Source: Candidatus Aldehydirespiratoraceae bacterium (GTDB taxonomy: Bacteria; Actinomycetota; Acidimicrobiia; Acidimicrobiales; Aldehydirespiratoraceae). From it: 64,000 bases of DNA. The stretch spans positions 2,528,813-2,592,812 of the forward strand of contig CBDHCN010000002.1 of NCBI GenBank assembly GCA_965261185.1. The letters are read 5' to 3'. The position numbers and the translations under genes were made by a program. Below, piece after piece: positions 53,373-62,117 of the stretch. The notes under the pieces are model-generated. The model was not told the DNA's origin. It worked only from the letters and a program-made list of their open reading frames with translations, and searched no databases. How positions within the stretch are numbered: position 1 is the first letter of the stretch; the number at the start of each line of letters is the position of its first letter.

Positions 53373-54145
53373 GTGACATGGCCTGGATAGACCAGCACTG
53401 CCATCTACCTCTGGGTATCGAAGGTCATCAACTTGCAGACGAAGCGCGTGCTGCCGGAGTCGAACGTCTGGTCACAGTGGGCACTGGGGTCGAAGGATCC
53501 CGTGAGATGATCGCTCTGGCTCACGAAATCGAAGGTGTTTGGGCCACCGCCGGGGTTCATCCCCACGACGCCAAGACTGGAATTGATGGGCTTGAAGCAC
53601 TGTTGTCTCTGCGGAAGGTCGTGGCAGTAGGGGAGTGTGGGCTTGATTACCACTACGATCATTCGCCGCGTCGCACTCAGGTAGACATGTTCGCCCGACA
53701 GATCGGCTTGGCAAATCGCCATGACCTCCCATTGATGATTCACAGCCGAAGTGCCTGGCCTGAAACGTTCGAGATTCTTGATCGAGAAGGCATCCCAAAC
53801 CGTCTTGTGTTCCACTGTTTCACCGGTGGTGTCGATGAACTCGAGCAATGTCTTGACCGGGGCGGGTTGGTCTCTTTTTCGGGCATCATCACCTTTCCGC
53901 GTGCTGAGGAGTTGCGTGAAGCCGTGGCAGCATGTCCGCTCGAGTGCTTGCTCGTGGAGACCGACAGTCCCTACTTGGCTCCGGTGCCCTATCGCGGAAA
54001 CCCCAACCGTCCGGCGCTGGTGCCTCTGATCGGAGCGGCGGTAGCGGAAGCAAAAGGTCTTCCTGTGGATGAAGTCGAAGCGATGGTGTGGGAAACGTCA
54101 TCGGTGTTCTACGGTCTCGACACCGCTCAAGCGACCCGGGTGTAA
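53369..54145 (+). CDS. tatD: TatD-family metal-dependent hydrolase
   Basis: Contains WIDQHCHL, GECGLDYHY, IHSR and ETDSPYLAP. Confidence 0.9.
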   Translation: MSDMAWIDQHCHLPLGIEGHQLADEARAAGVERLVTVGTGVEGSREMIALAHEIEGVWATAGVHPHDAKTGIDGLEALLSLRKVVAVGECGLDYHYDHSPRRTQVDMFARQIGLANRHDLPLMIHSRSAWPETFEILDREGIPNRLVFHCFTGGVDELEQCLDRGGLVSFSGIITFPRAEELREAVAACPLECLLVETDSPYLAPVPYRGNPNRPALVPLIGAAVAEAKGLPVDEVEAMVWETSSVFYGLDTAQATRV

Positions 54146-54354
54146 ACGTGGATTGGTATTCGCTGTCGCGGTCTTCCCCCGTGGCTCGGTAATCTGAGTT
54201 TTTTGCAGTTGTGTTACAAACTGCACTACTGTTAGCTGCCTTACCAGGTTAATTCACCGTAAAGACGGCATAGCCAGAGGGAAGGGACGCAGTTCTGGAC
54301 GCCATCGAAAACGGACGACGTAAGCTCGTTGCGGCCTCGGTAGCGGTAGCGATC

Positions 54355-55044
54355 TTGCTGGGTCTGTACTTTTCCACAACCGTCGACGCGGTTGTTGAGC
54401 TTCCTGTGGAGAGTTACTCGACCCCGCTAGGGTCTGTGGACTTGCGTTCGTTCTCGGCTCGTGCCGCAGCTTGGACCGAGGCGCATCGAGAACACCGCGA
54501 CGAGACCCGCGCTCGAGCCATGTCGCTGGCGGCCCAGGCCCGTGCGTCTGAAGAAGCACAAGCCCTCTTGGACTCCACAACGACCGCGGCCCCGGCAACG
54601 ACCGCGGCCCCGGCAACGACCGCGGCCCCGGCAACGACCGCGGCCCCGGCAACGACCGCGGCCCCGGCAACGACCGCGGCCCCGGCAACGACCGCGGCCC
54701 CGGCAACGACCGCGGCCCCGGCAACGACCGCGGCTGCGCCTAGTACGACGGTTGCCGCGACGACGCTCCCGACAGAGGAACAGTGGGAGGCGCTTCGACA
54801 ATGTGAGTCCACCGGGAACTACCGCGCCATCAGCATTAGTCCCGCTGGTCGGTATCGAGGCGCCTATCAGTTCCTTCGCTCGACATGGGACTGGGTGGCT
54901 CCCCAGATCGGCGCTGAGTACCTCGTCGGGTTAGATCCGGCTGAGGCAACACCCGAGGATCAGGACCGAATGGCACAGGCACTATGGGATATCAATGGTT
55001 GGGCTCCGTGGCCTGCTTGTTCAAAGAGACTCGGATACCTATAG
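54355..55044 (+). CDS. Rpf-like (resuscitation-promoting-factor type) transglycosylase with Thr/Ala/Pro repeat linker
   Basis: The C-terminal WEALRQCESTGNYRAIS..YRGAYQFLRSTW...GWAPWPACS matches the Rpf lysozyme-like domain. The real start probably lies upstream, because an in-frame hydrophobic segment LVAASVAVAILLGL precedes 54355 without a standard start codon. Confidence 0.8.
   Translation: MLGLYFSTTVDAVVELPVESYSTPLGSVDLRSFSARAAAWTEAHREHRDETRARAMSLAAQARASEEAQALLDSTTTAAPATTAAPATTAAPATTAAPATTAAPATTAAPATTAAPATTAAPATTAAAPSTTVAATTLPTEEQWEALRQCESTGNYRAISISPAGRYRGAYQFLRSTWDWVAPQIGAEYLVGLDPAEATPEDQDRMAQALWDINGWAPWPACSKRLGYL
54580..54723 (+). repeat. Eight perfect tandem copies of an 18-bp unit (ACGACCGCGGCCCCGGCA = TTAAPA) inside the rpf-like gene
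   Basis: Counted directly; a ninth degenerate copy follows at 54724-54741. Confidence 0.95.
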
Positions 55045-55066
55045 GGTGCGCGCATAGGCGAAAGCA

Positions 55067-55900
55067 GTGACGCACTCACCTCAACAACTCCGTGAGATTC
55101 TGGATCGTCACGGTCTTGAGCCGCGCCGCAGGCTCGGTCAGAATTTTGTGATCGATCCCAACACCGTACGTCGCATCGCCAAGCTGTCTGGGGCGAGTCC
55201 CGGTGACCCGATTGTTGAGATTGGCGCTGGTCTGGGATCGCTCACTCTGGCATTGGCAGAAACCGGCGCTGAGGTCACCGCCGTCGAGGTTGACCACAAC
55301 CTCACCCGTGCGCTTCGAGACGTTGTTGCCGATCAAGATGTGCGGGTGATCGAGGCGGACGCACGAACTCTTGACTGGGCGGATCTCCTCGTTGGTCGTG
55401 ATGGCTGGCGGCTTGTGGCCAACCTCCCCTATAACATCGCTACCTCACTGATAGTTGATCTATTGAGCAATGTGACGGCGCTGGAGACAATGTTGGTGAT
55501 GGTGCAACGTGAGGTGGGGGAGCGTTTAGCTGCAAGAGCGGGCGACAAGACTGTGGGAATACCGTCGCTACTGGTCGCCTATCACGGCACCGCCAGAGTG
55601 GTTGGTCGTGTTCCAGCGACGGTGTTCTACCCCAAGCCAAAGGTTGAATCCGTGCTGGTTCGGATTGATCGGCACGCCGTACCGCCTGTCGATCAGCCGC
55701 TGGAACTGATAGAGATCCTGCTACGCGCGGGATTCAATCAGCGCCGCAAGATGTTGCGGCGGTCACTCGCTGACTATCTCGATTCCGCCGGGTTTGCTCT
55801 TTCTGGAATAGACAGCCGAGCACGGCCAGAAACACTGTCCCTTGAAGATTGGTCTCGATTGGCGTCCGTAGCCGGTATTTCTGGCGCGACTCCCGACTGA
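55067..55900 (+). CDS. rsmA: 16S rRNA (adenine1518/1519-N6)-dimethyltransferase
   Basis: Contains LGQNFVIDPNTVRRI, EIGAGLGSLT and NLPYNIAT. Confidence 0.95.
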   Translation: MTHSPQQLREILDRHGLEPRRRLGQNFVIDPNTVRRIAKLSGASPGDPIVEIGAGLGSLTLALAETGAEVTAVEVDHNLTRALRDVVADQDVRVIEADARTLDWADLLVGRDGWRLVANLPYNIATSLIVDLLSNVTALETMLVMVQREVGERLAARAGDKTVGIPSLLVAYHGTARVVGRVPATVFYPKPKVESVLVRIDRHAVPPVDQPLELIEILLRAGFNQRRKMLRRSLADYLDSAGFALSGIDSRARPETLSLEDWSRLASVAGISGATPD

Positions 55901-55907
55901 TCAATCG

Positions 55908-57074
55908 TTATTCTGAACCTCCTGCTGAGGCTTCGACATGGGCCTTGATGCCCTCTACTACTCGCTCCATATTGGTCCGGTGGGCGCGGAGGCGGTTGGC
56001 GATGATGCGTGGTTCTTTGTCGGGAGCCTGCTCGATGAACATGGTCAACCCGGAACGACCAGGACCTAGCAGCAGGCGAAACAGCAGTCGAGTACCACCG
56101 CCCATGAGAGGTTGGAGCTCGAAACGCCAACGGGCACCGGGATTGTCGGCCTCAGAGGTACACCAGCCGAAGACTGTGGGCTTGTCGCACACGTCAACAA
56201 AACAACGGACTTCCCAGTCTCCTAAATCCTCTCGGTGATTGCGCCCTGTGAATGTCGCTCCCAAAGCAGCGCCGTCATGGCCATCGTCCCAGTCAGCACC
56301 CGTGAACTCGTCGGAGAATCGCGCCGGAAGGTCGATGTCGGTGGCCGCGGCCCAGACCTTGTCGACCTTGGCGGCAATGTCGGTCTCCACCACCACACCG
56401 GGGCCATCTTTTGCGCTCACAGGAGATCGCGGCCCTGACTCGTAGGTACGGCCGTAGCGATCAAAGAAGGTGATCTCTCGGGCGGGGCTTCGACGAACTG
56501 GACGAAAATCGGTGCCCTTGGTCCACGCCACCGGCAGCATGGCGATCTCGGTGATCTCGGCGGGAATGCCCAGCAGTTCTTTCAGTTCGGGGTTTTTGGC
56601 GAGAACCGCGGTGGTCCAAGCGCTGCCCAAGCCACGGGCTCTCAGGGCAACGCAGAAGCTCCAAGCGCTCTGGATTACCGAATCGAAAAGACCAGGGGAT
56701 CCGCTGCCGTCGTGGCGGCCGACGATGGTGGGTATGACTATCACCGGCACTTCCGCCAAGTGTTCCGCCAAATGTGCTGCTGAGCGCATCGCTGCGGCGC
56801 CCGGATGGTCGGTGCCAGCCAAGCGATCGCGCGACGCGATCATGAAATCTCCGACAACGTCGCGGTATAGCCGGGCCAGCTCCTGTTTTGTCTCGGGGTC
56901 GCGCACCACGATCCAACGTCTGCTGGATTGGTTGCCTCCCGTGGGGGCCTGTTCGGCAATGTCGATGCAATCGAGGATGATCTGATCGTCAACCGGCCGT
57001 TCCAGGTCCAACCTTCGCCGAACTGCCCGGGTGGTTGTGAGCGCCAAGTCCACCGCTTTTGTGTCAATCTCCAT
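55908..57074 (-). CDS. Nitroreductase-family domain fused to a C-terminal SRPBCC-like domain
   Basis: The N-terminal half has RAVRRRLDLERPVDDQIILDCIDIAEQAPTGGNQSSRRWIVV. The C-terminal ~150 aa (IAAKVDKVWAAATDIDLPARF...) is START/SRPBCC-like. Confidence 0.7.
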   Translation of the reverse strand: MEIDTKAVDLALTTTRAVRRRLDLERPVDDQIILDCIDIAEQAPTGGNQSSRRWIVVRDPETKQELARLYRDVVGDFMIASRDRLAGTDHPGAAAMRSAAHLAEHLAEVPVIVIPTIVGRHDGSGSPGLFDSVIQSAWSFCVALRARGLGSAWTTAVLAKNPELKELLGIPAEITEIAMLPVAWTKGTDFRPVRRSPAREITFFDRYGRTYESGPRSPVSAKDGPGVVVETDIAAKVDKVWAAATDIDLPARFSDEFTGADWDDGHDGAALGATFTGRNHREDLGDWEVRCFVDVCDKPTVFGWCTSEADNPGARWRFELQPLMGGGTRLLFRLLLGPGRSGLTMFIEQAPDKEPRIIANRLRAHRTNMERVVEGIKAHVEASAGGSE

Positions 57075-57139
57075 GCCGCGCAGCCTAGCCGTCGGCCAAA
57101 CAGTCCTTCGTCAGGCACCGGATGCTTTAGCCTGTCGGA

Positions 57140-57862
57140 GTGGTTGCGATTCTTGCGCCGGCAAAGCTGACGGTGTCACTGCGTATCACGGGAGTTCGTG
57201 ATGATGGGTATCACCTGATCGACGCGGAAATGGTGAGCCTTGATCTTTACGACACGGTCGAGTTGAGTGATGGTGACTCGCTTGAGATCGTCGGCCCCCA
57301 TCGTGCTCAAGGGTTGAGAAGCGAACAAGAAAATCTGGTGCGACGAGCGCTTGAATTGTGCGGTCGCAGCGCACAGGTCCGACTTCACAAACAGATCCCG
57401 GCAGGTGCTGGACTCGGCGGCGGGTCCTCCGACGCTGCTGCGGTGTTGCGGTGGGCTGGATATACGGAACTGAAAGGTGCTGCGGGAATTGGTGCAGACG
57501 TGGCTTTTTGTCTTCATGGCGGCCGTGCCCGAGTCACCGGCATAGGCGAAATAGTTGAACCTCTGCCGTTTGTTGAGCGCTCGGTGACGCTGCTGATCCC
57601 GCCGGTTCACTGTTCAACGAGTGAGGTCTATGCGGAGTGGGACCGTCTCGGCGGGCCGGTTGGTGACAACGGCAACGATCTCGAACCAGCAGCGCTCGCG
57701 GTCGCTCCGGAATTGGAGCGTTGGCGAGACCAACTCGGCGACGCTTCGGGTCAACGCCCGCGGCTAGCCGGAAGCGGAAGCACCTGGTGGGTCGACGGCG
57801 AACACCCCGGCGAAGGCCGACTTGTGGCACATGCCGTCCGCGCCGTCGGCGACCCGCCGTAG
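57140..57862 (+). CDS. ispE: 4-diphosphocytidyl-2-C-methyl-D-erythritol kinase
   Basis: Contains APAKLTVSLRITGVRDDGYHLIDAEMV and the GHMP motif IPAGAGLGGGSSDAAA. Confidence 0.9.
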   Translation: MVAILAPAKLTVSLRITGVRDDGYHLIDAEMVSLDLYDTVELSDGDSLEIVGPHRAQGLRSEQENLVRRALELCGRSAQVRLHKQIPAGAGLGGGSSDAAAVLRWAGYTELKGAAGIGADVAFCLHGGRARVTGIGEIVEPLPFVERSVTLLIPPVHCSTSEVYAEWDRLGGPVGDNGNDLEPAALAVAPELERWRDQLGDASGQRPRLAGSGSTWWVDGEHPGEGRLVAHAVRAVGDPP

Positions 57863-57878
57863 AGGCCCCTCAAGCGCA

Positions 57879-57909
57879 CAGAGAGGACCCGCGGTGCGGA
57901 TCCTCTCTG
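57879..57909. terminator. 9-bp-stem hairpin between convergent ispE and the anti-sigma-like gene (possible bidirectional terminator; no T-tract)
   Basis: CAGAGAGGA (57879-57887) pairs with TCCTCTCTG (57901-57909) around a 13-nt loop. Confidence 0.35.
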
Positions 57910-57948
57910 GCTGTGCTGTGGGGCACATTGGGGGGAAGGGGGTTTGGA

Positions 57949-58692
57949 CTAGCATTCCCCGTTGGTTGGGAGGCTGTTTTCCTGGTCGGATACGATGATG
58001 ATTGATTCTCGGGTGCTGAGTGGGACCACGTCTTGAACGAAGGCGTTCGCATCGGGTTGTTGTACTTCTGTGAGTCGGTAGTCAGATGTGTTGAACATCT
58101 GCCAGCGGATCGTTTCGAGGGAGTTCTCGATCTCAAGGCGCAGGTCTCCGACGCGTCGACCTCGCCACGCCGCGCAGTAAGGGCTGGACTGTGTGGCGAG
58201 GTACGTTTCGCCATCCGCAGCGGGGCGTCCGTAATTAACGACGAAGAAGCCGGTCCCCTCGACTTCGAAGGCCGTGACGCCCCCGTTTTCGCGAGTCCAC
58301 TCCACTTCGAAATCGTCGTGGACTTCGAGTGAGACTACGTAGCCCACTAGTCCCTCTGGAACCGGAACGGCTCGCAGCCTTGCGTTGAGTCCGGCATCTT
58401 GGAGTTGTGCCGTTGCTGCGTCGGGGTTTGTGACGAGGTTGGATACTTCGACTCGGACGGTTCCGTTGGTTCGGGTGATAGTGAAGGCATGGGCGGGTTC
58501 GGCCCGGGGCCACAGAATCACAAGGGTGGCGGCGACCACCGCCAGCACTCCGGCCATCGACATTGCGAGGACCGGCGAACGCTGTCGCTGTCGCTGTCGC
58601 TGTGGCGCGGTGGCGCGTTCAATCGCCGCGTCGTGGAGGTGTCGACCCAACCGGTCAAGGAACGGGATTTCGGAGGTGTTGGAGCCAGTCAT
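57949..58692 (-). CDS. Single-pass membrane protein downstream of and overlapping the ECF sigma gene (candidate anti-sigma factor)
   Basis: Short cytoplasmic N-terminus, TM segment VLAMSMAGVLAVVAATLVILW and a ~180-aa extracytoplasmic domain. It overlaps the sigma gene by 4 nt and carries a (GCGACA)4-encoded QRQRQRQR. Confidence 0.5.
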   Translation of the reverse strand: MTGSNTSEIPFLDRLGRHLHDAAIERATAPQRQRQRQRSPVLAMSMAGVLAVVAATLVILWPRAEPAHAFTITRTNGTVRVEVSNLVTNPDAATAQLQDAGLNARLRAVPVPEGLVGYVVSLEVHDDFEVEWTRENGGVTAFEVEGTGFFVVNYGRPAADGETYLATQSSPYCAAWRGRRVGDLRLEIENSLETIRWQMFNTSDYRLTEVQQPDANAFVQDVVPLSTRESIIIVSDQENSLPTNGEC

Positions 58693-59222
58693 TGCAGCAT
58701 CTCGTTCAGCTGGTGAAGGCCGCGGCTCACACGAGTCCGAGCGGCACCTGGACTGCAGTTGAGTTCATGGGCGATTTCAGGGTATTCGAGTTGGTCGATG
58801 ACTCGCAGCCGTACCGCTTTGCGAAGTTTCCAGGGGAGTTTCTCGAGTGCGGCCAACGCTGCGGCACCGTCGAGGATGTCCTCCGTTCGGCGCAATGCCT
58901 GAACCGATTCTTCATCAATGGGTTCTCGCGGAATGCCGAGCCGTTTTCTGGCACGATCAGCGACCTTGCGTCGCCGCCAGTACATCGCGAGCTGGCGTTT
59001 GGCGATCCCGTAGAGCCATGCTGCAGCGCTGCCCCGTTCGGCGTCGAACTGACGACTGTTGGTCAGAACTGCGGCGAACGTCTCCGCACAGAGATCCGCG
59101 GCGACGTCGGGGTCATCGGTACGGCGATAAAAGTATCGCAGAAGACTCTCAGCATGACTCCGATAGAACGCATCGAACACCGTCGGATCGCCGAGGCGGT
59201 GATCCGCAGCCGGGTCGCTCAC
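58689..59222 (-). CDS. ECF-type sigma-70 family RNA polymerase sigma factor
   Basis: Region 2 is DPDVAADLCAETFAAV...WLYGIAKRQL. Region 4 HTH is YPEIAHELNCSPGAARTRVSRGL. Start placed at GTG 59222; the 349-aa track ORF over-extends. Confidence 0.85.
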   Translation of the reverse strand: MSDPAADHRLGDPTVFDAFYRSHAESLLRYFYRRTDDPDVAADLCAETFAAVLTNSRQFDAERGSAAAWLYGIAKRQLAMYWRRRKVADRARKRLGIPREPIDEESVQALRRTEDILDGAAALAALEKLPWKLRKAVRLRVIDQLEYPEIAHELNCSPGAARTRVSRGLHQLNEMLQ

Positions 59223-59254
59223 CAACTCAGTCTCGCACCGTTGAAACTCAGCCG

Positions 59255-59782
59255 TTAGCCGTAGCGGACACAGGACGTGCGGTTGTTCATCCACCCGAGG
59301 GTTGTCTCCGGTCCAGAAATCGGTCGGAACGACCCGGAACAGGAAGACGAATCGTAGAACTTGGTCGGCGACCCTCCACAATGGTGATAGCTCGACTCGA
59401 TATTGTTGTTCCACGACCCAGACGGCTTCCAGACCAAACCCGAGCATCCTGACCCTGTGATCGTGATCGAGGATCCGCTGTAGTTCTGACCCTTGAAATG
59501 AACCCCGAGCACACTCAATGACCGGGCTGCCGCCACGCCTCTGGAACTGCTCTGCCAGATACTGTTGCGAGCCGCTCGAAGAGACTCGAAACACCCTGTC
59601 TCTGTTGCGACACCCCCGCTTACGTCGACAACGCAGTGAGACTCTTGCTGAACGCCCTGCGCAGCCGCTCCAGCGACCGGCGACAGCGCTGCCAGCAATC
59701 CGATGCAGATCAATATTGCCCAAACTCGTGAATTGCACGCTCGTTCATCCTTCCCTCGACTAACTCTCCCTGTAGACCCCAC
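59255..59782 (-). CDS. Secreted Cys-containing protein (possibly beta/gamma-crystallin or I36-inhibitor-like), first gene of the sigma operon
   Basis: Signal peptide VWAILICIGLLAALSPVAGAAAQG. The mature part is GQNYSGSSITITGSGCSGL...NNIESSYHHCGG...NRTSCVRYG. The frame was chosen over the overlapping 58689-59738 extension on signal peptide and codon bias. Confidence 0.5.
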   Translation of the reverse strand: MGSTGRVSRGKDERACNSRVWAILICIGLLAALSPVAGAAAQGVQQESHCVVDVSGGVATETGCFESLRAARNSIWQSSSRGVAAARSLSVLGVHFKGQNYSGSSITITGSGCSGLVWKPSGSWNNNIESSYHHCGGSPTKFYDSSSCSGSFRPISGPETTLGWMNNRTSCVRYG

Positions 59783-59812
59783 AGCAATCCTCCACTTTTT
59801 GTCGGTTTCCTG

Positions 59813-59846
59813 TTCTTTGCCCGAACCGGCATTTCGTTACAAAAAA
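59813..59846 (-). promoter_or_regulatory. Candidate ECF-type promoter of the secreted-protein/sigma operon: TTTTTTGTAAC-N16-CAAAGAA
   Basis: Minus strand carries T6 (59846-59841), GTAAC (59840-59836) and CAAAGAA (59819-59813), about 31 nt upstream of the start at 59782. Confidence 0.3.
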
Positions 59847-59903
59847 CTTCAGATTGTTTTGACGACCAATCGCAAGTAACCCTCCCTCGGTGCCGCAGAG
59901 GGA

Positions 59904-59975
59904 CACGGACTCTCACTGTTTGAGGGTCGAAATGATGTCACGACGACAAATGGCGGTTGCGACAATCGGTACCAA
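59904..59975 (-). repeat. 72-bp inverted-repeat arm L: orphan 3' end (last ~21 codons, stop and 9 nt) of an FtsX-type permease gene
   Basis: The reverse complement matches 63776-63847 with a single, synonymous mismatch. Confidence 0.9.
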
Positions 59976-60014
59976 CCCAGCAACCCCTCATCCCACGAAT
60001 ACGCGCAGGCCATC

Positions 60015-60049
60015 TTTTTTGTAACACGACGGTGGGGTTGCGCAAAGAA
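60015..60049 (+). promoter_or_regulatory. Candidate ECF-type promoter of the five-gene cassette: TTTTTTGTAAC-N17-CAAAGAA
   Basis: T6 (60015-60020), GTAAC (60021-60025) and CAAAGAA (60043-60049), 58 nt upstream of ATG 60107. Confidence 0.3.
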
Positions 60050-60106
60050 AGGGTGACGGATGTGTCTGCTCGAGTGAGTTGCGCAACGAACAAGGAGATT
60101 AGAGAA

Positions 60107-60460
60107 ATGAAGAAGTTCCACGCGATGATAGTAATGGCCTGCATTTTTGTGGGCGTTCTGACGGGCACTGCAGCGGCCCAACATGTCTTCCACACATACA
60201 ATACTGGTTGCGAGATCAAGGTTTCCGGTTTCGAGCACTGGGGCAAGGCTGCGTCCTCGACTCGGGACAACAACGCTGCATGCTGGGAAATTCAGACACG
60301 GTTGGTGTATGAGGATGCTCTCAACAACGGATTCGCCGAATTGGGCGACGTCGAAACTGATAGCTACACGAGAATCGTAGCAGGTTACAATACGGATTGG
60401 GTTCGAGCAGACGGGCGCTCTCCCAGTATCAGTAACCAGTGGTTTTGGATTCACCGATGA
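60107..60460 (+). CDS. Small secreted protein (117 aa), unknown function
   Basis: AAGGAGA Shine-Dalgarno; signal peptide MKKFHAMIVMACIFVGVLTGTAAAQ; lower GC than surroundings. Start trimmed from track ORF 59957. Confidence 0.6.
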   Translation: MKKFHAMIVMACIFVGVLTGTAAAQHVFHTYNTGCEIKVSGFEHWGKAASSTRDNNAACWEIQTRLVYEDALNNGFAELGDVETDSYTRIVAGYNTDWVRADGRSPSISNQWFWIHR

Positions 60461-61032
60461 GAGATCAGGGAGCCAAAGTTGTTTGTCGGTTGTGTTGGGT
60501 CTTGGTAGTCCTTGGCCTGGTTACCGCTAGTTGTGGCGCTGATAGTTCCGCTGACGATCGTGAAGAGATGTTGACCGTGATGCGTCAAGAGATTGTTGAG
60601 GCGCTGCCTGAGGCATCTCCGACGCAACAGGAGATTCTCGCCGACCTTCATGTTTCGCCCGGCGAAGCCGACAGAGCAGCTGCTGAAGTCGTTGACTGTG
60701 CCAGCTCTCAAGGGGTCACTGTTACGCCGCTCTCGCAAGATGACGGCGGAATGCATTTCAGGACCCTTGTAGGCCAGCCAGAGGACCAAGATGCGGTTCT
60801 CGCAGTATTCGACGACTGCTACGACTCCTTGTTTTGGTTGACTGCCAACGCTCTCGCTCTTCAGAATGCCTTGTCGAGTGAGGAGATCGAGCGTCGCAAT
60901 GGTTTGGTACTCGACTGTTTGCTTGCTGCCGGGTTCGATGTCGGCTCTTGGCCCGATGTTCAGTCAGAACCCGATCCCTCTGTTGAAGCTGACTGTGTCG
61001 ACTCGGCTATGAACAAGCTCGATCTTTCGTGA
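60457..61032 (+). CDS. Putative lipoprotein (191 aa), unknown function
   Basis: ATGA overlap with the preceding gene; lipobox LVTASCGA. A paralogue's 3' end lies at 63918-64000 on the opposite strand. Confidence 0.6.
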   Translation: MRDQGAKVVCRLCWVLVVLGLVTASCGADSSADDREEMLTVMRQEIVEALPEASPTQQEILADLHVSPGEADRAAAEVVDCASSQGVTVTPLSQDDGGMHFRTLVGQPEDQDAVLAVFDDCYDSLFWLTANALALQNALSSEEIERRNGLVLDCLLAAGFDVGSWPDVQSEPDPSVEADCVDSAMNKLDLS

Positions 61033-61082
61033 TCGCCGTCCGTTTCCGTTGCGCAACCTGGCTCGCGGGGTAGACGAGCAGC

Positions 61083-62117
61083 GTGCGTACGGCTCTCCTG
61101 TGGCTGTCGGTGGTGTGCGTCGTCGGGGTTGCTTCGGCGACCGTTTGGGTCGCTGTCGAGAATGCGCCTGCATCGCCTGTGCTGTCTGAAGCGCCTGTGG
61201 TGCCGGTGGTGATCGCTCCGGTGGAGTCGAGCAGTTCGTTGGCTGAACCGGCTGACGTGTTGCTGATCTGGTCCGACCCGACCGAGTTGCTGTGGCCCGG
61301 CGCGGCGGGGGTCGTCACCTCGGTGGACTTGATGAGCGGTGATGTGGCCGCATCCGGGCGACTGGTGGCCACAGTCGACGGTTCGGGAGTGATTGCTTTG
61401 ACCACTGAGCAGCCGATGTACCGAGATCTGACTCTCGGTAGCAGCGGCCCCGACGTCGTCCGTCTGTCGAAGGCACTGCGAGAGCTCGGTCTGCTGTCAG
61501 AGAGCCATGTCGATGACGGTTTCGGTCCGGAGACGGCTGCCGCGGTGAGAGAGCTCAATCTGCGGCGCGGCGTCGACTCCGCAGAGTTCTCCGCGGCGCA
61601 CACGATGTGGCTTCCTCACGACACCGCCGTGGAGACGACAGCGTTGAAGGCGGGAACCCTGGCGCCGGGACATGGCTCAGTGGCAGTCGCAGGAACTGTC
61701 GAACTCACCGATGCCTACGTCACTATCGCGGAGAGTGACGGCCCCGACGCCGGCCGTCGATTCCGATTCGTGGACGGCCACGAACGCGAGGTGGAGGTTG
61801 ACAACGATGCTTATCGTCTCACTGAGGACGGATCGATACGAGATCTTGAGCGGCTCGCGCGCTCGGTGAACGCGGGCGATGAACGCATCACCGGCGCGGT
61901 CGTCGAGCTGATCACCCCGTTGACGACGTATCAGCTTCCTTCGTCTGCCGTGCTGAGCGGTACCGATGGCGGGTTCTGCGTTGTCGACGAGGCAGGGTCT
62001 GCGACCTCCGTTGAGATCGTTGATGCCGGCGCAGGAAGCGTGCGGGTGGCCGAACGCTTGCCGGATCGCGTCGTCGTGAACCCGATCCGCTCCGGCATGG
62101 CAACGACATGCAATTAG
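61083..62117 (+). CDS. Membrane-anchored protein with peptidoglycan-binding (PG_binding_1-like) domain, adaptor-like partner of the MacB-type ABC system
   Basis: N-terminal TM segment, then LGSSGPDVVRLSKALRELGLLSESHVDDGFGPETAAAVRELNLRRGV. The gene order adaptor/ATPase/FtsX-permease is typical. Confidence 0.65.
   Translation: MRTALLWLSVVCVVGVASATVWVAVENAPASPVLSEAPVVPVVIAPVESSSSLAEPADVLLIWSDPTELLWPGAAGVVTSVDLMSGDVAASGRLVATVDGSGVIALTTEQPMYRDLTLGSSGPDVVRLSKALRELGLLSESHVDDGFGPETAAAVRELNLRRGVDSAEFSAAHTMWLPHDTAVETTALKAGTLAPGHGSVAVAGTVELTDAYVTIAESDGPDAGRRFRFVDGHEREVEVDNDAYRLTEDGSIRDLERLARSVNAGDERITGAVVELITPLTTYQLPSSAVLSGTDGGFCVVDEAGSATSVEIVDAGAGSVRVAERLPDRVVVNPIRSGMATTCN

Noticed and set aside
54146-54354. 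ydaO (cyclic-di-AMP) riboswitch upstream of the rpf-like gene, as known for actinobacterial rpf genes
   Set aside because: Only fragments reminiscent of the motif (ACGGGG-like, CAGCTAAC) are present. They lie on the wrong strand and in the wrong order for this gene, so I cannot support a call without a covariance-model scan.
54580-54741. Possible CRISPR array (regular short repeats)
   Set aside because: The units are contiguous with no spacers, lie inside a coding frame (TTAAPA) and have no cas genes nearby. The same reasoning applies to the 50-bp (1138-1287) and 23-bp (15104-15203) arrays.
58581-58604. (GCTGTC)3-4 hexanucleotide repeat in the anti-sigma-like gene
   Set aside because: It is in frame (QRQRQRQR) and short. 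Unit changes would not shift the frame, so it is noted only in the feature evidence.
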